NCBI RefSeq assembly: GCF_001457595.1
Contig: NZ_LN831039.1
Coordinates: 6,690,001-6,722,000 of the forward strand
From: Mycolicibacterium smegmatis
GTDB taxonomy: Bacteria > Actinomycetota > Actinomycetes > Mycobacteriales > Mycobacteriaceae
Direction: 5' to 3'
DNA length: 32,000 nt
The notes under the pieces were generated by a model that ran no database searches, had not been told where the DNA came from, and was given only the letters and a program-made list of their open reading frames with translations. Each line of letters opens with the position of its first letter. Within the stretch, counting starts at the first letter, position 1. Positions 18,491 through 26,268 of this stretch are shown one piece after another. Made by a program: the position numbers and the translations under genes.

Positions 18491-19341
18491 GTTGATTCTC
18501 CGTTCCAGGGCAGTGAGTCGTAGAACAAGGTGGCGGCCAACAGGTCTGCGCTTCCGCCCATGGACAGCCCGAACCGGTCGGCGTCACGGCAGAACCGCTC
18601 GAGCAGTCTGCGTCCCGAGGAGGTGGTGCACCCGCCGGCATCGAGAACGTCTGCCGCGCAACGGTGTACGTAGGTCAATGCCGAAGGTCCGCCGCGGTGC
18701 ACCACGCACGTGTCGTCCAGCGACGCCATGATGGCCATCAGGGTGTCGAGCGCAGCGCTGTCGGGGTCGTGCCCCTGGAGCCGGGCCGCACGCAGTGTCG
18801 GCAGTCCGATGTGGACCACGTGCGGGAAGCCGGCCGCGGCCTCGGTGACCGCGCCGCCCGTGCCGTGGCGCAACCGGGCGCGCTGCCCGTGCGAGATGGC
18901 GCGCTCGGGCGCCGCCACATCGGGTAGGTACGCGATCTGCGCGGCGACGCGGGCCGCACCCGGAACGGTATGTGCGGTCGCCGCACCCGCCGCGAGCAGG
19001 CCCAGCGCCCACAGCGCGCCGCGGTGGGTGTTGACACCGCCGGTGACCGTGGACATGCGGTGCTCGCCTGCCCGCCCGATCGCGCCGAGTCGTGCCCGCA
19101 ACGCCAACCCGACCGGGAGTTCGCGCGCCGCGATGGCGCAGTCACGGATCGGCCCGAACAACGCGTCGGCCGAGGCACGCAGCAGGTCCACGGTCATGTC
19201 GGGGTGGGAGGCGTTGCCGTGCGTGTCGACCAGGCCGGGTTTCGGCGTCAGGAGCGCTTCGGTGTGCAACGCGGCCACCGCGGCGGTCGCGATCTGTGCC
19301 GCCGGCAGGCCGGCGACGTCGAGGACCTCGGTGGTGGTCAT
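18478..19341 (-). CDS. mdcB: Triphosphoribosyl-dephospho-CoA synthase
   Basis: ALHTEALLTPKPGLVDTHGNASHPDMTVDLLRASADAL...GVNTHRGALWALGLL...DDTCVVHRGG: MdcB/CitG family signatures. Confidence 0.92.
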   Translation of the reverse strand: MTTTEVLDVAGLPAAQIATAAVAALHTEALLTPKPGLVDTHGNASHPDMTVDLLRASADALFGPIRDCAIAARELPVGLALRARLGAIGRAGEHRMSTVTGGVNTHRGALWALGLLAAGAATAHTVPGAARVAAQIAYLPDVAAPERAISHGQRARLRHGTGGAVTEAAAGFPHVVHIGLPTLRAARLQGHDPDSAALDTLMAIMASLDDTCVVHRGGPSALTYVHRCAADVLDAGGCTTSSGRRLLERFCRDADRFGLSMGGSADLLAATLFYDSLPWNGESTCRP

Positions 19342-19345
19342 GGCC

Positions 19346-20980
19346 TCACCAGTCCCGGAACCGGGCCGGCGGGTCGTACAGGCCGCCCGACCACGCCACC
19401 AGATCGGAGATGCTGCGGGCGGCCAGCAGCGACCGGTCGGCATCGCGGGTGCTCACCTTGAGGTCCTCGGGGAAGGCCACCAGGCCGTCGCTGCGCAACT
19501 GCTCGGTGCGGCGCGCGTCCGCGGCGCGCCCGACGCCGGTGACGCCCGCGACCGCGGCCAGCGCTGCGCGCCGGTCGTCCAGCGAGTGCGCCTTGTACAG
19601 GTAGGCGACGCCTTCCTCGGTGACGATGTGGGTGACGTCGTCGCCATAGATCATGACCGGTGGCACGGGCATACCGGTTCTGGTCGCGACGTCGACGGCG
19701 TCCAGGCTCTCGACGAACGTCGGCACGCCGCCCTTCTGGAAGGTCTGTGCGATCTGTACGACGAGTTTCCTGCCACGCAGGGCAGCGCCCTCGCCGTGGA
19801 CCATGCTCAGCCACGACGGCGATGCGTGCCTGCGGCCGTGCGGATCGTGGCCCATGTTGGGCGCGCCGCCGAATCCCGGCAGCCTGCTCTCGGTGACGGT
19901 CGACGAGTTGCCGTCCCGGTCGATCTGCAGTGACGAGCCGATGAACATGTCGACGGCGTATTGGCCGGCCAGTTGGCACAGCACGCGGTTGGACCGCAGG
20001 GATCCGTCTCGCCCGGTGAAGAACACGTCGGGCCGTGCGGCGGTGTAGCGCTCCATCCCGGCCTCGCCACCGAAGCTGTGGATCGATTCCACCCAGCCGG
20101 ATTCGATGGCCGGGATCAGCGTCGGATGCGGGTTGAGCGTCCAGTACTTCGCGATCCGGCCCTTGAGGCCCAGCCGTTCGCCGTACGTGGGCAGAATGAG
20201 TTCGATTGCTGCGGTGTCGAATCCGATGCCGTGGTTGAGCGAGACCACCTCGTGCCGTTCGTACACGCCGCGGATGGCGATCATGGCCTTGAGGATCTCG
20301 ACCGGTCCGATCAGCCGGGGATCGCGCGTGAACAGCGGTTCGAGGGCGAACGGGCGGTCGGCGGCGACCACCAGATCGACCCAGTCGCCGGGGATGTCGA
20401 TGCGCGGTAGCGTCCCGGGTTCGACGATCCTGTCGGCCTGCACGATCACCACGCCGTCGTGGAACGCGGCGGCCTCGGCGATGGTCGGGGTGTCCTCGGT
20501 GTTGGGGCCGGTGAACAGGTTGCCGTCGGTGTCGGCTGCCGTGGCGCACAACAGCACCACGTCCGGGGCCAGGTCGGTGAACATCCTGGCGTACAACTCG
20601 ACGTAGGTGTGAATGGCTCCGATCTGCACGGTGCCGTCCTCGACGAGTTGCGCGATCCGCACGCTCTGCGGTCCGGCATACGCGAGGTCGAGGCGGGTGG
20701 CGATGCCTCGTTCGAACAGGTCGAGGTGCTCGGGCCGCGACACCGACGAGATCAGCATGTGCAGGTCGTGGAGGCGCTCCGGATCGCACGCGGCCAGGGT
20801 GCGGGACAGGTAGTCGGCCTGCTTCTGGTTGTCGCCCTCCAGCGCGACGCGGTCGCCGGGATGGATGACGGTCTGCAGCAGGTCGCCCAGTCGGCCGGCG
20901 TCGATCACCTTGCCGGTGCAGTACTGCCCGGCGTCGTCCATCCGGCGGGTCTTGGCGCGCCTGCGGCGGTCCCAGGTCAT
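19346..20980 (-). CDS. mdcA: Malonate decarboxylase alpha subunit (acetyl-S-ACP:malonate ACP transferase)
   Basis: 544 aa from MTWDRRRRAKTRRMDDAGQYCTGKVI; DLHMLISSVSRPEHLDLFERGIA...EGDNQKQADYL...GFGGAPNMGHDPHGRRHASPSW. ATG at 20980 overlaps the upstream gene stop. Confidence 0.94.
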   Translation of the reverse strand: MTWDRRRRAKTRRMDDAGQYCTGKVIDAGRLGDLLQTVIHPGDRVALEGDNQKQADYLSRTLAACDPERLHDLHMLISSVSRPEHLDLFERGIATRLDLAYAGPQSVRIAQLVEDGTVQIGAIHTYVELYARMFTDLAPDVVLLCATAADTDGNLFTGPNTEDTPTIAEAAAFHDGVVIVQADRIVEPGTLPRIDIPGDWVDLVVAADRPFALEPLFTRDPRLIGPVEILKAMIAIRGVYERHEVVSLNHGIGFDTAAIELILPTYGERLGLKGRIAKYWTLNPHPTLIPAIESGWVESIHSFGGEAGMERYTAARPDVFFTGRDGSLRSNRVLCQLAGQYAVDMFIGSSLQIDRDGNSSTVTESRLPGFGGAPNMGHDPHGRRHASPSWLSMVHGEGAALRGRKLVVQIAQTFQKGGVPTFVESLDAVDVATRTGMPVPPVMIYGDDVTHIVTEEGVAYLYKAHSLDDRRAALAAVAGVTGVGRAADARRTEQLRSDGLVAFPEDLKVSTRDADRSLLAARSISDLVAWSGGLYDPPARFRDW

Positions 20981-21807
20981 CGAACCGACCTGGCGGCCGC
21001 GAGGATCACGTCGGTCACCGCGTCGGGATGGCTGACCAGCGTGAGATGCGAGCCGCCGGGGAACTCGGTGACCGCGGAGTGCGCCCGCTGCGCCATCGCG
21101 TGTTCGGCTGTGGGAGTGATGATCTCGTCCCCGGTGCTGATGAAGTACCAGGACGGGATGTCCTTCCACGCGGCCTGGGTGGCCGGGGTGTCGAATGCCG
21201 CGGTCGCCGCGGTGCGCTGGGTGGCCCACAGTTCGGTGGCCTGATCCTGCGGGAGGTCCTTGGCGAAGTGGTTCACGAAGATGTCGCGGCGCAGGTACAG
21301 ATCCGTCTCCCCCGCTGGTCCGGCCACCTGGTCGAACAACTGGTGGTCGGGCAGTTTCTTGAGCACCGAGTCGGCCCCGGACAGCGACCCGTTGGTCTCG
21401 CCGACATCCGGCGCGGCGGCGTCGACGTACACCAGCGCCTTGATGTCCGGGTTGCCCGCGGCGGCCTCGGTGATGACCGCGCCGCCGTAGGAGTGCCCGA
21501 CCAGGACGACCGGCCCGTCGACGGTGTGCAGGAACGACGCGACCGACGCGGCGTCGGTGGTGAGATTGCGCAGCGGGTTGGCGATGGCCCTGGCGTCGTA
21601 GCCCTGGCCGCGCAGCACCGTCAGCTCGCCGTCCCAGCTGGAGGTGTCGGCCCAGGCGCCGTGCACCAGCACGATGGTCGGTTTGGCCCCGGGCGCCGGC
21701 GCGGCCACCGAGCGGGCGTCGTCACCGAGAAGGGCGACGACGGCCACCCCGGCCGCGACGGTGAGCATGGCGATGGCGGATATCACTGGGCGGATCGCGG
21801 CGTTCAT
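20977..21807 (-). CDS. Exported alpha/beta-hydrolase (putative esterase), first gene of the mdc operon
   Basis: Signal/anchor MNAAIRPVISAIAMLTVAAGVAVVALLGDDARSVAAPAPGAKP, then TIVLVHGAWADTSSW, VVLVGHSYGGAVI (nucleophile elbow) and GGSHLTLVSHP (catalytic His). ATGA overlap with mdcA at 20977-20980. Confidence 0.92.
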   Translation of the reverse strand: MNAAIRPVISAIAMLTVAAGVAVVALLGDDARSVAAPAPGAKPTIVLVHGAWADTSSWDGELTVLRGQGYDARAIANPLRNLTTDAASVASFLHTVDGPVVLVGHSYGGAVITEAAAGNPDIKALVYVDAAAPDVGETNGSLSGADSVLKKLPDHQLFDQVAGPAGETDLYLRRDIFVNHFAKDLPQDQATELWATQRTAATAAFDTPATQAAWKDIPSWYFISTGDEIITPTAEHAMAQRAHSAVTEFPGGSHLTLVSHPDAVTDVILAAARSVR

Positions 21808-21904
21808 GTGGTCACTTCCTGGTGATCAGGGCTCGGCGGTCACGTTCACAACGAGCGTCCAGCATTTGCCCAGCTCAGTCATTGCCAGTGGCGAGAAACC
21901 CGTA

Positions 21905-21919
21905 TACCGGCTAGCGGTA
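21905..21919. promoter_or_regulatory. Inverted repeat TACCG-GCTAG-CGGTA in the divergent mdc/NCS1 intergenic region (candidate operator)
   Basis: Perfect 5-bp arms around a 5-bp centre, between divergent starts at 21807 and about 22080. Confidence 0.4.
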
Positions 21920-21928
21920 AACCTGACT

Positions 21929-21951
21929 GCCGCCGATCTGTGTCCGGCGGC
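21929..21951 (+). promoter_or_regulatory. Stem-loop GCCGCCG-ATCTGTGTC-CGGCGGC in the leader region of the NCS1 permease
   Basis: Perfect 7-bp GC-only stem with a 9-nt loop; no U-tract follows. The function is unassigned. Confidence 0.4.
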
Positions 21952-22079
21952 CCTTACAAGGCAAATGTTTCGTGAGGGTTTACAGAACATGTCACCCTCT
22001 CGGCGGGCAAAAGTTCCCGAGTTGCCCGAAGATGACAGCCAAGAGTCCTCCTATCTGCTCCACGAACGGAATCGACGTC

Positions 22080-23516
22080 ATGTCCGCTACCGCCACCGGG
22101 ACACCCGTGCCTGGCACCACCGAGAGTCTCGAATCCGACCTCACCGTCATCCCCGAATCGAGCCGGACCACCGATGTGCGGGGACAGTTCTGGATCTGGG
22201 CCGGGGCCAACATCGCCCCGATCAACTGGATCCTCGGCGCGCTCGGTGTCTCGATGGGGCTCGGCCTGTTCGAGACCATCGCGGTGCTCGCGGTCGGCAA
22301 CGCGATCGGCATGTCGCTGTTCGGCACGTTCGTGGTGATCGGGCAACGCACCGGTGTCACCGGCATGGTCCTGTCCCGCGCGGTGTTCGGCCGCCGCGGG
22401 GCCTACGTGCCCGCCGCCGTGCAGGCCGTGGTGTGCATGGGGTGGTGTGCGGTCAACACCTGGATCGTGCTCGACCTGGTGATGGCGCTGCTGGGTCGCG
22501 TCGGGATCGTCGACCCCGACAACGCCTCTGCCGCACCGCGCATCCTGGTGGCCGCGATCATCATGGTCATCCAGGTGGTCATCGCATGGTTCGGTTACCG
22601 CGTCATCGCGACGTTCGAACGGTGGACCGTGCCGCCGACCGTCGCGGTCCTGGTCGCCATGACGCTCGTCGCGTGGTTCGGGCTCGACGTCGACTGGGGC
22701 TACTCGGGTGTCGCGACCCTGACCACCACCGAGCACATCGCCGCGCTCAGCGCGGTCATGACCGCAATCGGAATCGGCTGGGGCATCACGTGGTTGGGGT
22801 ACGCGGCCGACTACTCCCGCTTCGTCTCCACCAAGGTGCCGTCACGCAAGCTGTTCACGGTCAGCGCGCTGGGACAGTTCATCCCGGTGATCTGGCTCGG
22901 CGCGCTCGGCGCGACCCTGGCCACGCTGAGCACGTCGACGGATCCGGGTGAGATCATCGTCGATGCCTATGGCGCACTGGCGATCCCGGTTCTGCTGCTG
23001 GTCGTGCACGGACCGCTGGCCACCAACATCCTCAACATCTACACCTGCACGGTGTCCACCCAGGCGCTCGACATCCACATCAACCGCCGTGTGCTCAACG
23101 TGGTGATCGGTGTGGTCGCGATGGCGATTGTCGTGGTGTTCGTGCTCAACGGGGACTTCGCCTCCACCATCGACGCCTGGCTCGTGGGCATCGTCGGGTG
23201 GCTGTCACCGTGGGCCGCGGTGATGCTGGTGCACTACTTCTTCATCGCACGCAGGCAGGTCGACGCCGAGGCGTTGGTGGCCCCTCCCGAGGCCAGGCTG
23301 CTGCCCATGGTGCGTCCGACGGCACTGGTGGCGCTGGCCATCGGCGTGGTGTGCACCTGGATGTTCATGTACGGCATGATCCCGTTGCTGCAGGGCCCGG
23401 CCGCACTCGCGCTCGGTGGCGTGGACCTGTCCTGGCTGGCCGGCGGCCTCACGGCCGGGATCAGCTACCTCGCGCTGGAGGGGGTCCGGACGCGGCGGAC
23501 CACCGTCAGCGGCTGA
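22080..23516 (+). CDS. NCS1-family permease (cytosine/purine/uracil/allantoin type)
   Basis: Multi-TM protein: DVRGQFWIWAGANIAPINWILGALGVSMGLGLFETIAVLAVGNAIGMSLFG...TWLGYAADYSRFV... NCS1 signatures. ATG 22080 is the likely start (alternatives 21972 and 22032). Confidence 0.88.
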   Translation: MSATATGTPVPGTTESLESDLTVIPESSRTTDVRGQFWIWAGANIAPINWILGALGVSMGLGLFETIAVLAVGNAIGMSLFGTFVVIGQRTGVTGMVLSRAVFGRRGAYVPAAVQAVVCMGWCAVNTWIVLDLVMALLGRVGIVDPDNASAAPRILVAAIIMVIQVVIAWFGYRVIATFERWTVPPTVAVLVAMTLVAWFGLDVDWGYSGVATLTTTEHIAALSAVMTAIGIGWGITWLGYAADYSRFVSTKVPSRKLFTVSALGQFIPVIWLGALGATLATLSTSTDPGEIIVDAYGALAIPVLLLVVHGPLATNILNIYTCTVSTQALDIHINRRVLNVVIGVVAMAIVVVFVLNGDFASTIDAWLVGIVGWLSPWAAVMLVHYFFIARRQVDAEALVAPPEARLLPMVRPTALVALAIGVVCTWMFMYGMIPLLQGPAALALGGVDLSWLAGGLTAGISYLALEGVRTRRTTVSG

Positions 23517-23680
23517 GACTCGCCCCGAAGTCCGCCCGGTAATCGGCCCTGGCAGCGTTGTCACGCTGCGCAAAGACCTCCGTCAACCGCGCCGTGAGCG
23601 CGTCGGTCATCAGGGTCCACGCGTCGGATCCGAGAACGAGACGCCGGGGCGGATCGGCGGAATCCGCCGCCCGCGAGGTG
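23506..23680 (-). pseudogene. C-terminal remnant of an SDR oxidoreductase
   Basis: Reverse strand reads ADPPRRLVLGSDAWTLMTDALTARLTEVFAQRDNAARADYRADFGASLSR-stop, a typical SDR C-terminal tail ('PPRRLVLGSDA'), with no Rossmann N-terminal domain before the divergent methyltransferase. Confidence 0.6.
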
Positions 23681-23713
23681 AGCGGGCACATCCCCGCCCG
23701 CAGGTAGGTTGGT

Positions 23714-24559
23714 GTGGTGGATCGTTCAGAGGAACCCGGCGGGAAGATCGACGCGAGCGCACTCACCGGGGTGTCGGAAACCGCGTTGCTGACGCTGTAC
23801 GGCAGGGCGTATCAGGCCCGTCACCCGCAGGCGATCCTGAACGATCCGATGGCGATCCGCCTGGTCGATTCGATCGAGTTCGACTTCGAGAAGTTCGGCC
23901 GCAAAGGCCAGGAGATGGCGCTGCGCTCACTGGCTTTCGACCGCGCGGCCCTCGCGTACCTGTCGGCGCATCCCCGCGCCACCGTCGTCGCGCTGGCCGA
24001 GGGCCTGCAGACCACCTTCTGGCGCCTCACCGATGCCTTGCCCGATGCCGAGTTCCGTTGGCTCACCGTGGACTTCCAGCCGATCATCGATCTGCGCGGG
24101 CGCCTTCTGCCTGCCGACCCGCGGATCACCTGTCTGGCACAGTCGGCGCTCGACTACAGCTGGATGGACCAGGTCGACACCGGCGACGGTGTTTTCATCA
24201 CGGCCGAGGGTCTGCTGATGTACCTGGAGCCCGAGGAGTCGATGGGCCTGATCAAGCAGTGCGCCAACAGGTTTGCCGGTGGTCAGATGGTGTTCGATCT
24301 CCCGCCGGTGGTGGTGAAGAAGTTCGCGAAGAAAGGGCTGCGGTCCTCCAAGCGCTACCGTGTGCCGCCCATGCCGTTCAGCCTCACGCCGAATCAACTG
24401 CAGGACCTGGCGCGCACGGTGCCGGGCATCCGCGCCGTGCACGACCTGCCGATGCCTGCCGGCCGGGGTTTTCTCTTCGAGAAGGTGTTCCCGGCGTTCT
24501 GGCAGTTCAAGCCCACCAAGCAGATCCGTGGCGCGTACACGTTGCTGGAACTGGGCTGA
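23714..24559 (+). CDS. Class I SAM-dependent methyltransferase (leucine carboxyl methyltransferase/LCMT-like)
   Basis: 281 aa; ALTGVSETALLTLYGRAYQARHPQAILNDPMAIRLVD..., VVALAEGLQTTFWRL, FITAEGLLMYLEPEE. Confidence 0.88.
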   Translation: MVDRSEEPGGKIDASALTGVSETALLTLYGRAYQARHPQAILNDPMAIRLVDSIEFDFEKFGRKGQEMALRSLAFDRAALAYLSAHPRATVVALAEGLQTTFWRLTDALPDAEFRWLTVDFQPIIDLRGRLLPADPRITCLAQSALDYSWMDQVDTGDGVFITAEGLLMYLEPEESMGLIKQCANRFAGGQMVFDLPPVVVKKFAKKGLRSSKRYRVPPMPFSLTPNQLQDLARTVPGIRAVHDLPMPAGRGFLFEKVFPAFWQFKPTKQIRGAYTLLELG

Positions 24560-24602
24560 GGCACCATATCGCCGACAGCGCGCCCGCCTGATCCGAGACC
24601 GA

Positions 24603-24619
24603 ACCGTAATGCTTACGGT
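24603..24619. promoter_or_regulatory. Perfect inverted repeat ACCGTAA-TGC-TTACGGT upstream of an SDR gene (candidate operator)
   Basis: 7-bp perfect arms, 3-bp centre, ending 27 bp before the ATG at 24646. Confidence 0.6.
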
Positions 24620-24645
24620 GACGCCCCTCGGTATACGGTCTGGGT

Positions 24646-25491
24646 ATGCGCACAGTGTCGGTGATCACCGGTGGAGCCGGTGGCATGGGTGTGGCCACGG
24701 CCAAGATCGTCGGTAAGGAGCACGCGGTCGTCCTGTGCGACGTCCGGCAGGATCGGCTCGACACCGCGGCGACCGCGCTCGCGGAGGTCGGGATCACCCC
24801 GACCGTCGTCAAGTGCGACGTCACCGACCGCCACGCGGTCAACCGGTTGTTCGCCACGACAGCCGGGCTGGGCACCCTCGCCTCGGTGATCCACACCGCG
24901 GGAGTGAGCCCCAGCATGGGCGACGCCGAATACGTCATCCGGACAAACGCCATCGGCACGGCCACCATCAACGAGGCGTTTTATGCCGCGGCGCCCCGGG
25001 GATCGGCGATCGTCAACGTCGCGTCGATGGCCGCGCATCTGCTGCCGGAGGAGATGATCCCGACCGGGCTGTTCCCGCAGGCGATGCATGCTCCCGAGGT
25101 GTTCCTCAAGGACATGCTGGCGGCGTGCGAGATCGTCCCCGAGGAGGCCCGCTCGGGTATCGCCTACGCACTGAGCAAGAGCTTCGTGCGGTGGTACAGC
25201 TCGTCGCAGGCCGAACGGTTCACGGGTCGCGGGTTGCGCATCGTGTCGGTGTCGCCGGGTTCTGTCGACACCGAGATGGGGCGCCTGGAGGAGAAGGCCG
25301 GCGCTGGCGCGCTGGTCGCCGACGCGGCCGTGCCCCGCTGGGGCACGCCCGAGGAGATGGCCGAACTGTTCGCGTTCTGCGCCAGTGACCGCGCCGGGTA
25401 CCTCACCGGCACCGACATCCTCAACGACGGCGGCGTCGTCGCGTCGATGCGCGAACGCGCGCGGGTGGCTGCCGAACAGCAGCAGCAGTAG
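24646..25491 (+). CDS. Short-chain dehydrogenase/reductase (SDR)
   Basis: 281 aa; VSVITGGAGGMGVATAKIVG, HTAGVSP, YALSKSFVRWY, GSVDTEMG. Confidence 0.92.
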   Translation: MRTVSVITGGAGGMGVATAKIVGKEHAVVLCDVRQDRLDTAATALAEVGITPTVVKCDVTDRHAVNRLFATTAGLGTLASVIHTAGVSPSMGDAEYVIRTNAIGTATINEAFYAAAPRGSAIVNVASMAAHLLPEEMIPTGLFPQAMHAPEVFLKDMLAACEIVPEEARSGIAYALSKSFVRWYSSSQAERFTGRGLRIVSVSPGSVDTEMGRLEEKAGAGALVADAAVPRWGTPEEMAELFAFCASDRAGYLTGTDILNDGGVVASMRERARVAAEQQQQ

Positions 25492-25494
25492 CGG

Positions 25495-26268
25495 TCACGC
25501 CTGCCGCAGGATCAGTAGCTCACCGGTCAGGCCGCCGTCGGCCAGCAGATCGCCGATCTTGCCGCTCTGCTCTTCGGCGATCTGCCATGCGCGCGTGTGA
25601 CCGTACCGTTCGGTGAGCGCCTTCTCGACGGCGTCGACGCGCTCGTTCCAGCCGTCCGGGATCGCGGGCAGGTCCGCCGTGCACAACTGTTCCTCGATCA
25701 CCAGGCCCGCGCCGTCGACCAGGTGAGTGAGATGCTCAGGGGCGGGAAAGTGGTTGCCCTCGAACTCGTCTCGTGGAATTTCCCGGTTCGCGACGAACGC
25801 CAGCAGTCCGATGCGTCCGCTCGGGCGCACCACCCGGTGCAGTTCCTCCAGCAGCTCGGTTTGAGCGGGCGTCGTGCACAACACACCCAGGCACCATGCG
25901 GCGTCGAAACTGTTGTCCGCCAACGGTAGCGCCGCTGCCTGCGCGCGCAATACGGGGTGCCCGAAGAGAGTCTGTGCGGCGCGGCACGCGCCGGCTTCGG
26001 GTTCCACCAGAACCGGGTACACCGGAACCGCCTGCGCGGCATAGGCGGCGGGACCACCCACGCCGGCTCCGCAGTCGAGCAGACGCTGCCCGGCCGCAAG
26101 TTCGGTGTGCTCGATGAGCCAGTCGAGGGCGGCAGGGCTTCCACTTCCGCGGCAGCCCGCCGGGATGTAGTAGTCCGACCCGAGGTCGACGGCCACCTTC
26201 GCGGTCCACTCCGCGACGGTGTCGAACTCGGCTTCCATTGCCTCGTCTGCCTCGCCGGACTCGCTCAC
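25495..26268 (-). CDS. SAM-dependent methyltransferase (methyltransferase domain 11 type)
   Basis: LLDCGAGVGGPAAYAAQ (motif I), AAALPLADNSFDAAWCLGVL, LHRVVRPSGRIGLL. GTG at 26268 overlaps the upstream stop (GTGA). Confidence 0.88.
   Translation of the reverse strand: MSESGEADEAMEAEFDTVAEWTAKVAVDLGSDYYIPAGCRGSGSPAALDWLIEHTELAAGQRLLDCGAGVGGPAAYAAQAVPVYPVLVEPEAGACRAAQTLFGHPVLRAQAAALPLADNSFDAAWCLGVLCTTPAQTELLEELHRVVRPSGRIGLLAFVANREIPRDEFEGNHFPAPEHLTHLVDGAGLVIEEQLCTADLPAIPDGWNERVDAVEKALTERYGHTRAWQIAEEQSGKIGDLLADGGLTGELLILRQA

Noticed and set aside
18710-19933. 407-aa + strand ORF antisense to mdcB and mdcA
   Set aside because: Shadow ORF; the minus strand carries convincing MdcB and MdcA proteins.
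19338-20789. 483-aa minus-strand ORF in a shifted frame of mdcA
   Set aside because: Composition is Arg/His-rich with no motifs; the neighbouring frame encodes MdcA with conserved signatures.
21929-21951. Rho-independent terminator
   Set aside because: The GC-rich stem is good, but it is followed by cccttacaag rather than a T-run, and it sits in a divergent promoter region rather than after a gene.
21860-22079. Guanidine/ykkC-type or other known riboswitch in the NCS1 leader
   Set aside because: A stem-loop is present, but I could not match conserved ykkC, purine or TPP core sequences by eye; a covariance-model (Rfam) search would be decisive.
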